Assembly: GCF_014280195.1 (NCBI RefSeq)
Contig: NZ_CP047960.1
Span: forward strand, 1,350,001 to 1,382,000
DNA length: 32,000 nt
Source: Synechococcus sp. A15-24
GTDB taxonomy: Bacteria; Cyanobacteriota; Cyanobacteriia; PCC-6307; Cyanobiaceae
Direction of reading: 5' to 3'
Part shown: positions 9,413 to 19,416 of the stretch, piece by piece
Position numbering within the stretch: position 1 is the stretch's first letter
Layout: each line of letters begins with the position of its first letter
Made by a program: the position numbers and the translations under genes
The notes under the pieces: generated by a model
The model's database searches: none
What the model was told of the DNA's origin: nothing
What the model saw: the letters and a program-made list of their open reading frames with translations, nothing else

Positions 9413-10546
9413 ATGCCGCCTTCGCTGCGTCTGATCGGGTTCACCCTGATCGCCACCAGCCTGAGCTCCTGCAGCCTGTTTCGAGACCTGAGGGGAGGAT
9501 CGGAAGCTCCGAAGGTGGAACCTCCACCTGTGGTCCACGATCGGCCGCGCTCAGCCCCTCTGCAACCGGGGGAGAACGTGATCGTCAAAGCCGTCGAGCG
9601 GGTCGGGCCTTCGGTGGTGCGGATCGATACGGAGAAGGACATCAACAACCCAATGGGTCAGCTGTTCGGCCTTGGCCCCTCCACCCAGCGGCAGCAGGGC
9701 CAGGGGTCGGGGTTCATCACCCGTGCTAACGGCCTTATCTTCACGAACGAGCACGTGGTGCGCGGGGCGGATCGGGTCAATGTGACCCTGCCCGACGGGC
9801 GCCGGTTCCAAGGCACCGTCCTGGGCGGCGACCCACTCACGGACGTGGCTGTGGTGAAGGTGGTGGCAGAAAATCTGCCGGTGGCGAGCCTCGGCAATTC
9901 CGACCAGCTGCGGCCAGGGGAATGGGCGATTGCGATCGGGAATCCCTTTGGCCTGAACAACACCGTCACCGCCGGCATCATCAGTGCGGTGGATCGGACC
10001 GATGCCAACATCGGGGAAGGGCAGCGAGTGCCGTATATCCAGACGGACGCTGCCGTGAATCCAGGCAACAGCGGTGGACCGTTGATCAGCGCAGCCGGTG
10101 AGGTGATCGGCATGAACACGGCCATCCGCAAGGCCCCAGGGGCTGGGTTGAGTTTTGCGGTGCCGATCAACCTCGCCAAACGGATCGCTCAGCAGATCGT
10201 GAGCACCGGGCAGGCCTCGCACCCCTTCATCGGTGTGCAGCTGCGCAGCCTCACCCCGCAACTGGCACGGGAGATCAATGCCACCAGCACCCGCTGCACC
10301 GTGCCCGTTGTGAACGGTGTTCTCGTGGTGGACGTGGTGCCCGACACCCCGGCTGAATCGGCAGGGATCCGCCAGTGCGATCTGATCCGGGCCGTGAATG
10401 GAACCTCAGTGGAGAATCCATCCGAAGTGCAACTGGCCGTTGATCGAGGCCGTGTAGGGCAACCGATGCAGATCACGATCGAACGCGACGGCCTGGAACA
10501 AACCCTGGAGGTTCTGCCCAAGGAACTGCCACGACGCCAGCGCTGA
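9413..10546 (+). CDS. HtrA/Deg-family serine protease with PDZ domain (probable lipoprotein)
   Basis: Trypsin-like catalytic motifs (TNEHVV, GNSGGPL) and a C-terminal PDZ-like region. Lipobox-like LSSC in the N-terminal signal. Confidence 0.9.
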   Translation: MPPSLRLIGFTLIATSLSSCSLFRDLRGGSEAPKVEPPPVVHDRPRSAPLQPGENVIVKAVERVGPSVVRIDTEKDINNPMGQLFGLGPSTQRQQGQGSGFITRANGLIFTNEHVVRGADRVNVTLPDGRRFQGTVLGGDPLTDVAVVKVVAENLPVASLGNSDQLRPGEWAIAIGNPFGLNNTVTAGIISAVDRTDANIGEGQRVPYIQTDAAVNPGNSGGPLISAAGEVIGMNTAIRKAPGAGLSFAVPINLAKRIAQQIVSTGQASHPFIGVQLRSLTPQLAREINATSTRCTVPVVNGVLVVDVVPDTPAESAGIRQCDLIRAVNGTSVENPSEVQLAVDRGRVGQPMQITIERDGLEQTLEVLPKELPRRQR

Positions 10547-10547
10547 G

Positions 10548-11198
10548 GTGACCACTCCCGCTGCCCTGGTGCTGATGGCCCGCTGGCCCGCGCCGGGGCG
10601 ATGCAAACGACGACTGGCTGCGGACATGCAGTCACAGCTGAGCATCAATCACAGCAGCGAACGCAGTGCCCGTCTGCAGGCGCAGCTCACCCATCACACC
10701 ATCGCTGTGGCCTGCACATTGCATCGAGAAGGGTGGGTCACCCCTGTATTGGCCGTCAGTGGACTGGGTCCCAGCCGTGCCCGGCATTGGGGCCGGCAGC
10801 AGGGCATCGAAGAGATCGGACTGCAGGGCGATGGCAACCTCGGAACACGCTTAAAACGGCAACTGCTGCGCCTGCGCCATCGCCGCACACCTGTGCTTGT
10901 GGTGGGCAGCGACCTACCGGAGTTCAACCGCCGCGACCTGCTGATGGCACTGGAGAGCCTGCACAGCCATGACCTTGTCCTGGGGCCCGCCGCTGACGGG
11001 GGCTACTGGCTGATGGCTCTGTCCGCAGCGCTGATGCAGACACCGGAGCGATGGCCACTGGTCGGCATCCCCTGGGGCAGCTCCGAGGTCTTGGACACCA
11101 CGCTGGAGTCGGCCGAATGCAACAACCTCACCGTGGGACTCCTGCCGCAGCGACAGGACCTGGATCACCTGCGTGACCTCAAGCGATGGCAAGGCTGA
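10548..11198 (+). CDS. DUF2064 / TIGR04282-like glycosyltransferase
   Basis: Pattern ALVLMARWPAPGRCKRRLA .. VVGSDLPE .. VLGPAADGGYWLMAL is typical of DUF2064. Starts 1 nt after the htrA-like stop. Confidence 0.7.
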   Translation: MTTPAALVLMARWPAPGRCKRRLAADMQSQLSINHSSERSARLQAQLTHHTIAVACTLHREGWVTPVLAVSGLGPSRARHWGRQQGIEEIGLQGDGNLGTRLKRQLLRLRHRRTPVLVVGSDLPEFNRRDLLMALESLHSHDLVLGPAADGGYWLMALSAALMQTPERWPLVGIPWGSSEVLDTTLESAECNNLTVGLLPQRQDLDHLRDLKRWQG

Positions 11199-11872
11199 GC
11201 ATCCTGATCCCGACGCTGAACGAAGCGCGACGGCTTCCCCTGCTGCTTGCCGATCTGGCCCGCTGGCCCCATGGGGCCCAGGTGATCGTCGTTGATGGAG
11301 GGAGCCGAGATCGAACAACAGTTGTGGCCAACCTGGCTGGCGTGGCTCGACTGAGCAGCCCAGAACGGGGCCGTGGGCAGCAACTCATCCACGGCATGGC
11401 CGCTGCTATCAATGACTGGACGCTGGTGCTCCACGCCGACAGCCGTCTGCCGCCCCGTTGGTGCAGCGCCGTTCAACGGGTGATTGAGAACCCCCAGGCG
11501 AAACGCGATGCCTGGTTCTTCGACTTTCGTGTGGAGGAGAGGGGGCCGATGCTGTGGCTGCTGGAACGCAGCGTCGCCCTGCGCAGTCGGCTCGCACAGC
11601 GACCCTACGGCGACCAGGGGCTGCTGATCCACCGCAGGCTTTATGAAGCCAGCGGCGGTTACAGCCCGATCCCCTTGATGGAGGACCTGGACCTGGTGGA
11701 GAGGATTGCACGTCACCACAGGCTGCGGCGACTTCGCTGTCCGCTGGTCACCAGCAACCGGCGCTGGCAGGAGCAGGGGGTGATCAGCAGGGCCTGGGGC
11801 AACTGGAGGCTGCGACGCCGTTGGCAGCAAGGCATTGCCGCTGATCAACTGGCAGGTGACTACGACCGCTGA
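11186..11872 (+). CDS. family 2 glycosyltransferase (TIGR04283-like partner of DUF2064)
   Basis: GT2 N-terminus LSILIPTLNEARRLP..VIVVDGGSRD. Overlaps the upstream gene by 13 nt. Confidence 0.75.
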   Translation: MARLSILIPTLNEARRLPLLLADLARWPHGAQVIVVDGGSRDRTTVVANLAGVARLSSPERGRGQQLIHGMAAAINDWTLVLHADSRLPPRWCSAVQRVIENPQAKRDAWFFDFRVEERGPMLWLLERSVALRSRLAQRPYGDQGLLIHRRLYEASGGYSPIPLMEDLDLVERIARHHRLRRLRCPLVTSNRRWQEQGVISRAWGNWRLRRRWQQGIAADQLAGDYDR

Positions 11873-11884
11873 ACGGCACGCAAC

Positions 11885-12391
11885 TCAGCTGGCGTACCAG
11901 AACGCGCAGCGATGCTGCTGCGGCTCGAGCTCCCAACCCTGGCGCTGATAAAAGTTGACCACGCCTGGATCGGCGAACAGGCTCACCCGCTCCGTGCCCA
12001 TGGCCTCCAGAGCCTCCAGCACGTAGACCATCAGCTGACTGCCCAAGCCACTGCCCTGGTAGAGCGGGTGCACGGCCACGTCCCAGACCGTGGCTTCGAA
12101 GACACCATCACCGGTGCAACGGGCGAAGCCCACCAGGCGGGGGATGCGGGGATCGTGCCGCCACAGGCCAACGGTGAGCAGGCTGTTAGCCAGGGCTTTG
12201 CGCACCCGCCGCACCGGCCGCCGACTCCAGCCCACCGCTTCCAGCAACTGCTCCAGTTCCACCAGGTCAAAGGGATGACGTCGACTGAACACCAGGGTCA
12301 GCTGATCGTTGGCACAGGAGCAGAGACGGGCCTCCTCGCCGTACTGCTCAAGCAGCGGCGCAGCCGGCAGGACGAGGGGGGAGGTCATCAC
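11885..12391 (-). CDS. GNAT-family N-acetyltransferase
   Basis: Acetyl-CoA binding pattern VAVHPLYQGSGLGSQLM. The start is GTG at 12391 or ATG at 12388. The ATG forms a TGATG 1-nt overlap with the stop of the upstream ABC gene. Confidence 0.8.
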   Translation of the reverse strand: MMTSPLVLPAAPLLEQYGEEARLCSCANDQLTLVFSRRHPFDLVELEQLLEAVGWSRRPVRRVRKALANSLLTVGLWRHDPRIPRLVGFARCTGDGVFEATVWDVAVHPLYQGSGLGSQLMVYVLEALEAMGTERVSLFADPGVVNFYQRQGWELEPQQHRCAFWYAS

Positions 12392-14166
12392 AAGCGAGCC
12401 AACCCCTTTTCCTGCAGCTCCGCCAGCTGGGCGTAGAGCCCACCCCGGGCTCGCAACTCCAGGTGCGTGCCCTGTTCGATCAACTCACCGCGGCGCAGCA
12501 CCAGAATCCGATCCGAGGCTTCCACCGTGGCCAGGCGATGGGCGATCACCACAGCCGTGCGTTTCTGCAGCAACCGATCAAGGTCGCGTTGCAGGGTGGC
12601 CTCTGTGGAGGGATCCATGAAGGCGGTGGCCTCGTCCATCACCAGCACCGTGGGGTTACGGATCGCAACCCGTGCCACCGCCAGCAGCTGACGTTCACCG
12701 GACGAGAGATTGCCGCCACGCTCCCGCAACTCTGTCTCCAACCCATTAGGCAGCCGTTGCAACAGGTCGTTCAGGCCCAGATCACGGCAGATTCCAGCCA
12801 GCTCCTGATCGCTGATCTCGGCATTGAGCCGAAGGTTATCGGCCACGTTGCCGCTGAACAGGAAGGTGTCCTGCAACACCACCCCCAGCTGACGTCTCAG
12901 ATCGGCGATCGAAATCAAACGGATATCACGACCATCCAGAAGAATCCGGCCCTGCTGAGGTTCATACAACCGGCAGAGCAGACGGATGACGGTGGTTTTT
13001 CCAGACCCCGTCGGTCCCACCAAGGCCACGTGCTCGCCAGGAGCAATACGGAAGGAGAGGTTGCGCAAGATCGGCTCATCCGGCCGGTAGCTGAAGCTGA
13101 CGTTCTCGAAAATCACCTCCCCCAGCCCGGCCGAACGCAGCGGAGTGGCGTTGGGATCCTCCACGATCTCCAGAGGCTGCTCCATCAGCTCACCGATGCG
13201 CTCCACAGCCGTCAGACCACCCTGAATCTGGGTGAAACGTTCCGCCAACTGACGCAGCGGATCAAATAGACGCTGGGAATAGAGGATGAAGGTGGTGAGG
13301 ATTCCAAGCCCCATGGAACCCGATGTCACCAGCCATCCCCCCAGGGCCAACACCAGGGCAACAGCCCATAGGGACACCCATTCGAGGAAGGCAGAAATGC
13401 TGCTGTCGAAGAAAATCGTTCCATTCACAGCGCGCCTGTAAGCGGAACCGGTGCGCTGAAAGCGCTCGCCGTTCACCTGCTCGCGCCGAAACATCTGGAC
13501 CACCTCCAGGCCCTGAAGGTTCTCCTGAAAATCAGCATTAAGCTGGGAGAGCTCCTCTCGTACCCGGTAGTTGGCCTTTCGGTAACGGCCCTGCAACCAG
13601 ATCACCATCAAGGTCACGGGAATCTGTGTGCAAAGCAGCAACAGACCAAGCCGCCATTCGATCAGCAACATCGAGCTAGCGATCACCACCAGGCTCACCA
13701 GATCGCCAAGAACACCAACGGCCCCGCTGCCGAAGACCTCCGACAAGGCATCGACATCACTGGTGAGCCGGGTGAGCAACTTGCCCACAGGCATGCAGTC
13801 ATGGAACCGAAGCGACAGCGACAGGGCATGACGGAACAGATCATCCCGGATCCGTGCGGTGAGTCGCTGACCCACGGCCTGAATGTTGAACAGCTGAACC
13901 CCCTGCAGCGCCAGACGCAACAGCACCGACATGAGCAGCAGCGACACGATCAAGCGGATGGCGGCCCCGGTGGTCAGACCCTCCAACCAGGGCAGGCTGG
14001 GTTCGTTGCGCAAAACGCTGATGGCCTGGCCCACTAACAGGGGCTGAATCGCTCCTGCCACCGCCAACGGCACGAGCAGCACAAGGGTCAGCAGCAGACG
14101 GCGGCGGTCATGAGCGAGATAACGGCCCAGCCGACGCACCCGTTTCCAGTCACTGATGACGCTCAT
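12388..14166 (-). CDS. ABC exporter, fused permease/ATPase (MsbA/MdlB-like)
   Basis: N-terminal six-helix TMD. Walker [10 protein letters not shown], signature LSSGERQL, Walker [10 protein letters not shown]. Confidence 0.9.
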   Translation of the reverse strand: MSVISDWKRVRRLGRYLAHDRRRLLLTLVLLVPLAVAGAIQPLLVGQAISVLRNEPSLPWLEGLTTGAAIRLIVSLLLMSVLLRLALQGVQLFNIQAVGQRLTARIRDDLFRHALSLSLRFHDCMPVGKLLTRLTSDVDALSEVFGSGAVGVLGDLVSLVVIASSMLLIEWRLGLLLLCTQIPVTLMVIWLQGRYRKANYRVREELSQLNADFQENLQGLEVVQMFRREQVNGERFQRTGSAYRRAVNGTIFFDSSISAFLEWVSLWAVALVLALGGWLVTSGSMGLGILTTFILYSQRLFDPLRQLAERFTQIQGGLTAVERIGELMEQPLEIVEDPNATPLRSAGLGEVIFENVSFSYRPDEPILRNLSFRIAPGEHVALVGPTGSGKTTVIRLLCRLYEPQQGRILLDGRDIRLISIADLRRQLGVVLQDTFLFSGNVADNLRLNAEISDQELAGICRDLGLNDLLQRLPNGLETELRERGGNLSSGERQLLAVARVAIRNPTVLVMDEATAFMDPSTEATLQRDLDRLLQKRTAVVIAHRLATVEASDRILVLRRGELIEQGTHLELRARGGLYAQLAELQEKGLARL

Positions 14167-14816
14167 CCGGCGGCTCCAGCAGCGGCTGAAGCCGTGCGGA
14201 CCGCCTCAACAATGGCGTTCAGAGACCCACCATCCAGCCGCATCGACAGGGGGTGACCAACCAAGCGGGCCGTGGTGTGGAACAGGTCCTCGATGGCCAC
14301 AAGCCCGTTGTCCCGCAGGGTGCGCCCCGTCGCCACCAGATCCACGATCGCTTCGGACATGCCGGTGATGGGCCCGAGCTCAACGGAGCCATTTAGATGC
14401 ACCAGCTCCACCGGTAGATCGAGCCCATCGAAGTATTCACGGGCGCAATGGGTGAACTTGCTCGCCACCCGGCAGTGGGGCGGCAGGTCCGCCGCCCGTT
14501 CGTACCCACTGCTGGCCTTGACGGCAACGGACATGCGACAGCCTCCGAACCCCAGATCCACCAGCTGCGCCACTGGCAGTTGGTGCTCTCGCAGCACGTC
14601 GTAGCCGACCACACCAAGCTGGGCCTGGCCGTAGGCCACGTAAGTCGGCACATCACCATTGCGCACCAGCAGTGCCCGGGCTCGACCGCAGGGGGTGGGC
14701 AGCATCAGCTGGCGGTTGTCTTTGTCCAGAGCCGCCGAAAAATCAAGACTTGCGGCCGCGAAACGAGCCACGGAATCCTTGAGCAGCGCTCCTTTGGCCA
14801 ACGCGACGGTGATCAT
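14163..14816 (-). CDS. hisG: ATP phosphoribosyltransferase, short form
   Basis: 217 aa with conserved [36 protein letters not shown] overlap with the downstream ABC gene. Confidence 0.93.
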   Translation of the reverse strand: MITVALAKGALLKDSVARFAAASLDFSAALDKDNRQLMLPTPCGRARALLVRNGDVPTYVAYGQAQLGVVGYDVLREHQLPVAQLVDLGFGGCRMSVAVKASSGYERAADLPPHCRVASKFTHCAREYFDGLDLPVELVHLNGSVELGPITGMSEAIVDLVATGRTLRDNGLVAIEDLFHTTARLVGHPLSMRLDGGSLNAIVEAVRTASAAAGAAG

Positions 14817-14855
14817 AGGTCCAGCGTTGACCGTCTATCAAGCAGGACTTTAACG

Positions 14856-15605
14856 ATGCAATCCTCCCTTCATGCCCTGCCGGTGCTGCAGGACAACGTC
14901 CTGTGGATCTGGGTGCGGGGTGATGAAGCCGCTGTAGTGGATCCTGCCGTGGCCGAACCAGTCATCGACTGGCTGCAACAACGGCAGCTGCAGCTGAGTG
15001 CGGTGCTGCAGACGCATCACCACGCCGATCACATCGGTGGAACTCCTGGCCTGCTGGAGCGATGGCCGGATGCGGCCGTGGTAGCGGCTGCAGCGGATCT
15101 ATTGCGCATTCCCTTTCAGACCATCTCCGTCAGCGACGGCGATCAGGTGACCGTGCTGGGCCGATCACTGCAGGTTTTGGACGTGGCCGCCCACACCTCC
15201 GCCCACATCGCCTTTGTGATCACCGATCAGGAGGATCCGGATCTCGGCCCGGTGGTGTTCTGCGGCGACACGCTGTTTTCCGGGGGCTGCGGACGTCTGT
15301 TCGAAGGAACCCCGGCCGACATGCACCGAGCCCTGAGGCGGCTATCGCAGTTGCCTGAATCCACCAAGGTTTGTTGCGCCCACGAATACACCGAAGGGAA
15401 CCTGCTCTGGGCCACCCAACAGCAACCGCAGGATGCAGCCATTCGCCAGCGCTATGAAGCCGTGGTGGAACTGCGTCGCCGCGGGGAGTTGAGCCTGCCC
15501 AGCAGCATCGGAGAGGAACGCCGCAGCAATCTGTTCATGCGGGCGGCATCGGCCGAACAGCTGCAACGCCTTAGGCAGCACAAGGATCAGTGGCGCGCAG
15601 CCTGA
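14856..15605 (+). CDS. gloB: hydroxyacylglutathione hydrolase (glyoxalase II)
   Basis: Metallo-beta-lactamase motif [13 protein letters not shown] at 14856 ([14 protein letters not shown]..) is chosen because the longer ORF from 14448 runs antisense through hisG. Confidence 0.9.
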   Translation: MQSSLHALPVLQDNVLWIWVRGDEAAVVDPAVAEPVIDWLQQRQLQLSAVLQTHHHADHIGGTPGLLERWPDAAVVAAAADLLRIPFQTISVSDGDQVTVLGRSLQVLDVAAHTSAHIAFVITDQEDPDLGPVVFCGDTLFSGGCGRLFEGTPADMHRALRRLSQLPESTKVCCAHEYTEGNLLWATQQQPQDAAIRQRYEAVVELRRRGELSLPSSIGEERRSNLFMRAASAEQLQRLRQHKDQWRAA

Positions 15606-16695
15606 TCCGCTGCGGGAAGAGAATCACCTCGGCTCCAGGCTGAAACGCCAGTCGACAGCGGGTACCGCGCGGCACATCCAACGCCAGGGCAGCGTTGACG
15701 CGGAGGTCGCAGGGACCCTGCTGCACGCGGTACTGCCAGGCCTGTCCAAGGAACTCCCGTCCCATGACCGTGGCCTTCCCCCGTGGATCGGGGTGAAGCC
15801 TGATCAAGGCCGGGTCCACCAGGAGCAGTTGCTCATCGGGCCCAGGTTCAGACCCTGGCAGTGGACTGTCACCCTCCAATGGACCGATCAGGCAGTGCAT
15901 CGGACCATCGAGGGGCACAAGATTGCCTTGAAGAACAAAGCGACCGACAAACGGTGATGCGGGGGCGTCAACGAGGGCTCTTGGGGTGGCGCATTGATGC
16001 AACTCCCCGTCGCGCATCACCGCCACACGATCACAAATGGCCAGAGCCTCGCCAGGGTCGTGGGTCACGATCAGCCCCGTGGCTCCGCAAACCTGCAGAA
16101 CGGAACTGAGTTCACTGCGCAGCCGCAGCCTCACCTCCACATCCAAATTGGAGAAGGGCTCATCCAGCAGCACCAGCTTCGGCGCTGGAGCCAGAGCTCG
16201 GGCCAGGGCAAGGCGTTGCTTCTGGCCGCCAGAGAGCTGATGGGGATAACGCAGCTCCAGCCCCTTCAGACCCAGCAACTCCAGCAACCAGGCCGCACGG
16301 CTGTCGTCCTGACCGGGACGCAGACCGAAGCAAGCGTTCTGCCACGCCGTGAGATGGGGGAACAGGGCGTAGTCCTGAAAGACCATGCCGATCCCGCGCC
16401 GCTCAGGCGGCAGCCAATGGCCGTTCCCCGCCACGGGGCGCTGCTGAAGGTGCACCGACCCCTGCGAGGGTCGCTCAAAGCCGGCGATCAATCGCAACAG
16501 GGTGGTTTTCCCGCAACCGGAAGGGCCCAGCAGTCCCACCAGCTCACCCGCTGCAAGCTCCAGGTCAATCCCCCGCAGCGTCCAGGGTCCCGCAGGGCCG
16601 TCGTAGCGATGCCAGAGGTCTCGAACGGCAACGGTGGCCTGGGACTGCGACAACAGCGAAACGCGATGATCGATTCCATTCTGCGATCCGGCCAT
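15571..16695 (-). CDS. ABC transporter ATP-binding protein (FbpC/PotA-type importer ATPase)
   Basis: Walker [10 protein letters not shown], signature LSGGQKQR, Walker [10 protein letters not shown], and a C-terminal TOBE-like domain. No permease or binding protein lies nearby. An alternative TTG start 42 nt downstream is possible. Confidence 0.85.
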   Translation of the reverse strand: MAGSQNGIDHRVSLLSQSQATVAVRDLWHRYDGPAGPWTLRGIDLELAAGELVGLLGPSGCGKTTLLRLIAGFERPSQGSVHLQQRPVAGNGHWLPPERRGIGMVFQDYALFPHLTAWQNACFGLRPGQDDSRAAWLLELLGLKGLELRYPHQLSGGQKQRLALARALAPAPKLVLLDEPFSNLDVEVRLRLRSELSSVLQVCGATGLIVTHDPGEALAICDRVAVMRDGELHQCATPRALVDAPASPFVGRFVLQGNLVPLDGPMHCLIGPLEGDSPLPGSEPGPDEQLLLVDPALIRLHPDPRGKATVMGREFLGQAWQYRVQQGPCDLRVNAALALDVPRGTRCRLAFQPGAEVILFPQRIRLRATDPCAA

Positions 16696-17101
16696 GACTG
16701 CTCAAGCCGTAACGACCCCAGCAGCACCCGCTCCGGTGGGGCCCTACAACCAGGCGGTGCTGGCCGGTGGCTGGCTGTACTGCTCAGGCCAGATCCCGCT
16801 GGATCCGGAGACGGGGGCCATGGTGGGCGATGGAGATGTGGCGCGTGAGACGCGACAGGTGCTGAAGAACCTCAGCGCCGTCCTCGAAGCCGCTGGAGCG
16901 ACCGCAGCCCAAGTGGTGCGGACAACGGTTTTTCTGGCTGATCTTGGGGATTTCCAGACCGTCAACGGCATTTACGCAGAGATGTTTGGCGCTGGCACAA
17001 GCCCAGCCAGAGCCTGCGTGCAGGTGGCAGCGCTGCCGAAGGGGGCACGAGTCGAGATCGACTGCGTGGCCTGGCTCGGTGATGATTTGCAGACCAGGTG
17101 A
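16694..17101 (+). CDS. ridA: RidA/YjgF-family reactive intermediate deaminase
   Basis: APAPVGPYNQAV..GQIPLDP..ARACVQVAALPKGARVEIDCVA is a typical RidA pattern. Confidence 0.9.
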   Translation: MTAQAVTTPAAPAPVGPYNQAVLAGGWLYCSGQIPLDPETGAMVGDGDVARETRQVLKNLSAVLEAAGATAAQVVRTTVFLADLGDFQTVNGIYAEMFGAGTSPARACVQVAALPKGARVEIDCVAWLGDDLQTR

Positions 17102-17135
17102 TCTGATCAACAGCAGCGGTGAGACGCAAGGCGTT

Positions 17136-17164
17136 AAAGCTCTCTGAGATGTTTGGAGAGCTTT
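17136..17164 (+). terminator. perfect 9-bp stem-loop downstream of ridA (possible terminator or RNA-stability hairpin, no U-tract)
   Basis: AAAGCTCTC (17136-17144) pairs with GAGAGCTTT (17156-17164) across an 11-nt loop. It begins 35 nt after the ridA stop. Confidence 0.3.
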
Positions 17165-17215
17165 GGTCAGCGTTCGCCGGCACCCCTCACCAATGAGAAC
17201 CAAGGGGCTGTGGCC

Positions 17216-17641
17216 ATGCAGCAGCTGGCCCTCCGGGATCAGGCCTCACAACCTTTGCTCAACAGTGGCTGGACGCTGCTTTATTCCGGCCTGACCCCAT
17301 CAAGGGCAAGCGTGACTCTGTTGGATCCGAGTGAAAGCCTTCAGATCAGCCTCCAGATTCCGACAGGCGAGACCGCTGACGACTGGGATCTGTGGCTGGA
17401 AGCCTGCAACCGACAGCCCAGCGTGCCACTCAGGCAATGGCTGGAATCCCAAGGCATTGAACAGATCACCCTCAGCCGCCTGACAGGAGCTGAGTCAGGT
17501 GGTCAGGAGCCTCTCAAGATCAGCAACATGCTCCAGGTGGCACGTTGGTTGCAAAGCCCAATCGAAGCAATCGAAGCCCTGGCGGAGTCCAACGGATCCC
17601 AGCTGGTGCTCCACCTGGCAGGACTGGGAACCAACAGCTGA
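17216..17641 (+). CDS. hypothetical protein
   Basis: The ORF is open from a TTG at 17153, but that codon lies inside the hairpin. ATG at 17216 (MQQLALRDQ..) is preferred. No motif recognised. Confidence 0.5.
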   Translation: MQQLALRDQASQPLLNSGWTLLYSGLTPSRASVTLLDPSESLQISLQIPTGETADDWDLWLEACNRQPSVPLRQWLESQGIEQITLSRLTGAESGGQEPLKISNMLQVARWLQSPIEAIEALAESNGSQLVLHLAGLGTNS

Positions 17642-17693
17642 GGGGGCCGATCCCGCGCCGGCATAGGTTATAGGGCATCAGGGGGATGAACCG

Positions 17694-17927
17694 ATGACCC
17701 AGGCCAAGCTCACCATCGGTGAACTGGAAGCGGGATACCCGCTCTATTGCAAAGCCCTGAGACGACTGCTGCAACAAGGCAAGACAGCCAAGGACATCGA
17801 GCGCACCGTCTGCTGGGGACACCTTGAAACCCTCAACCGTTGCTTACCGACGCGCTACAAGGCACCGTCCTATCTGCTGGCCCTGATCCGCAGGGATCTG
17901 GAAAAAATCAAGGAAGGGAGGGTCTAA
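17694..17927 (+). CDS. small conserved-looking hypothetical protein
   Basis: 77 aa (MTQAKLTIGELEAGYPLYCKALRRLLQQGK..). The sequence looks protein-like and GC is still core-like. I cannot name the family with confidence. Confidence 0.55.
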   Translation: MTQAKLTIGELEAGYPLYCKALRRLLQQGKTAKDIERTVCWGHLETLNRCLPTRYKAPSYLLALIRRDLEKIKEGRV

Positions 17928-17971
17928 TCAGTCTCAGACAATTCCAAGACGCTTCTCTCCCTGCATTGAGA

Positions 17972-18238
17972 GTGATTGCCTTTTCTTTCAGCACACTGTT
18001 CGAAGAAGCGAGTCAATTGGTGCGCACGATTTTTCGGAAGCCACAACGCCGCTGGAATGCATCATCAATTCTGATGATGATGTTCATTTTTTCCGCCTCA
18101 GTGATCGGGCTTGAGTGGAGTGATTCCGTAGCCCTCAGCCAGCAACAGACCATGGGAATGTCATCCGCAGGGCAGAGTCAGCCATCTCCACGGACCAGCG
18201 AGTTAGACAATTCACGATTACGAGGTCATTCCGTATAA
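17972..18238 (+). CDS. hypothetical protein (weak call, start uncertain)
   Basis: The ORF at 17840-18238 overlaps the previous gene. Possible starts are GTG at 17972 or ATG at 18074. Lower-GC region, one hydrophobic segment. Confidence 0.25.
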   Translation: MIAFSFSTLFEEASQLVRTIFRKPQRRWNASSILMMMFIFSASVIGLEWSDSVALSQQQTMGMSSAGQSQPSPRTSELDNSRLRGHSV

Positions 18239-18265
18239 AGTCATGCGAACGCGAAACGGCACACC

Positions 18266-18529
18266 ATGGAGTTCTCGATTGTCATCCTGAGCAAACACAT
18301 TTATAATTATCCCAAGATCGCGTGGACAGATTGGAAAGATACGAACAGAAAAAAAATGAAGAGCGAAGTCGATCATTGGTCAAGGGCAACCTTGTCTGGT
18401 GCCGATATCTGGGATTGCCTGGACACTAACAAGATTGATCGTCTGCACCTTGTGCAGTGGAAGCGCTCTTGTGATGACCTGCACAGCGTCAGCCTTCCGG
18501 ATCATCCGCATCCCGCCGAGAAATACTGA
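18266..18529 (+). CDS. hypothetical protein
   Basis: 87-aa ORF in a low-GC patch with no motif. Confidence 0.35.
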   Translation: MEFSIVILSKHIYNYPKIAWTDWKDTNRKKMKSEVDHWSRATLSGADIWDCLDTNKIDRLHLVQWKRSCDDLHSVSLPDHPHPAEKY

Positions 18530-18577
18530 TCTTTAAGGCCCCGCAATCAGACCAGAGCCTGTTGAAGCGCCAAAAAA

Positions 18578-18823
18578 TCAGCCATCCATCAGCCAATCAT
18601 CATCGATGGTGTCATCACTGGCATCGCTTTGAACGCCCGTCGGTTTCACACGTTCCGCCTGTTGAGGAGCCAGAGGTGGAGGGGGTGGAGGCATCGCGGG
18701 CCCGGAAAATTGATTGATCGGAATTCTTTGGCTGCCCCAACCGGCCTGATAGGGGATGACGAGCAGACGGACTGGCTCACCAGCAAAAACTGCCGTAGGA
18801 CTGATCAAGAACGTGAACACCAT
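18578..18823 (-). CDS. small secreted proline-rich protein (weak call)
   Basis: The track ORF at 18578-19123 overlaps the fibrillin gene. Internal starts at 18874, 18841 or 18823 give a signal-like N-terminus (MVFTFLISPTAVFAGEP), a PPPPPP run and an acidic C-terminus. Confidence 0.3.
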   Translation of the reverse strand: MVFTFLISPTAVFAGEPVRLLVIPYQAGWGSQRIPINQFSGPAMPPPPPPLAPQQAERVKPTGVQSDASDDTIDDDWLMDG

Positions 18824-18825
18824 CC

Positions 18826-19398
18826 ATGTCGAGGCTCGCATCCAACACCTCAATGACAAACGAACAGGACGCATTGGTTTCACTATTGCAGAGAAACCCC
18901 AATGACAAAAGCATCTCTGGGCGTATTGCGTCGCTGGAGGAGGCACAACCCGCCGACTTAAATCGTGATGCATCCCTTCTTGAGGGTGTGTGGGATTTGC
19001 GATGGAGCAGTTCAAGCCAGCCCTGGCTTCGTCAAGCACCTTGGTTGGAGAATCTTCAGGCACTGGACCTGAAGCAGAACAAAGGTTGCAACCTGCTGCG
19101 CTTGCGTGGTCCGCTCGGAACATTTGGAGCCATCAGCGTCCAAGCAACTCTGAACGTGATCAACACAAAGCGGGTTGAGGTGAAATTCTTCAAGGGGGGC
19201 TGGCTGGGGCCGACGTTGCCTGGTCTTGGCCAAATCAAGTTATTGCGTGACGTTCAACAAAGCTTTCCCGCCTGGCTCGACATCACAGTGTTGAATCAAC
19301 AACTACGAATCTGTCGAGGCAACGCGGGAACAACATTTGCGTTACTCAAACTTGATACGATCGACATCAAGGATCTGATTGAGCAAGACAACAATTAG
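18826..19398 (+). CDS. PAP/fibrillin-family protein
   Basis: Fibrillin-like pattern LLEGVWDLRWSSS .. VEVKFFKGGW .. WLDITVLNQQLRICRGNAGTTFALLK. An alternative start at 18853 is possible. Confidence 0.75.
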   Translation: MSRLASNTSMTNEQDALVSLLQRNPNDKSISGRIASLEEAQPADLNRDASLLEGVWDLRWSSSSQPWLRQAPWLENLQALDLKQNKGCNLLRLRGPLGTFGAISVQATLNVINTKRVEVKFFKGGWLGPTLPGLGQIKLLRDVQQSFPAWLDITVLNQQLRICRGNAGTTFALLKLDTIDIKDLIEQDNN

Positions 19399-19416
19399 CC
19401 TGCTGCCGTAGTCGAA

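Noticed and set aside
14448-14855. Long N-terminal extensions of gloB (from 14448), the K+ channel (from 25777), lexA (to 21406), the DUF1651-like gene (from 21183) and the ParB-like gene (from 7055).
   Set aside because: The extensions run through neighbouring well-supported genes and lack family-typical sequence. Internal starts give canonical N-termini.
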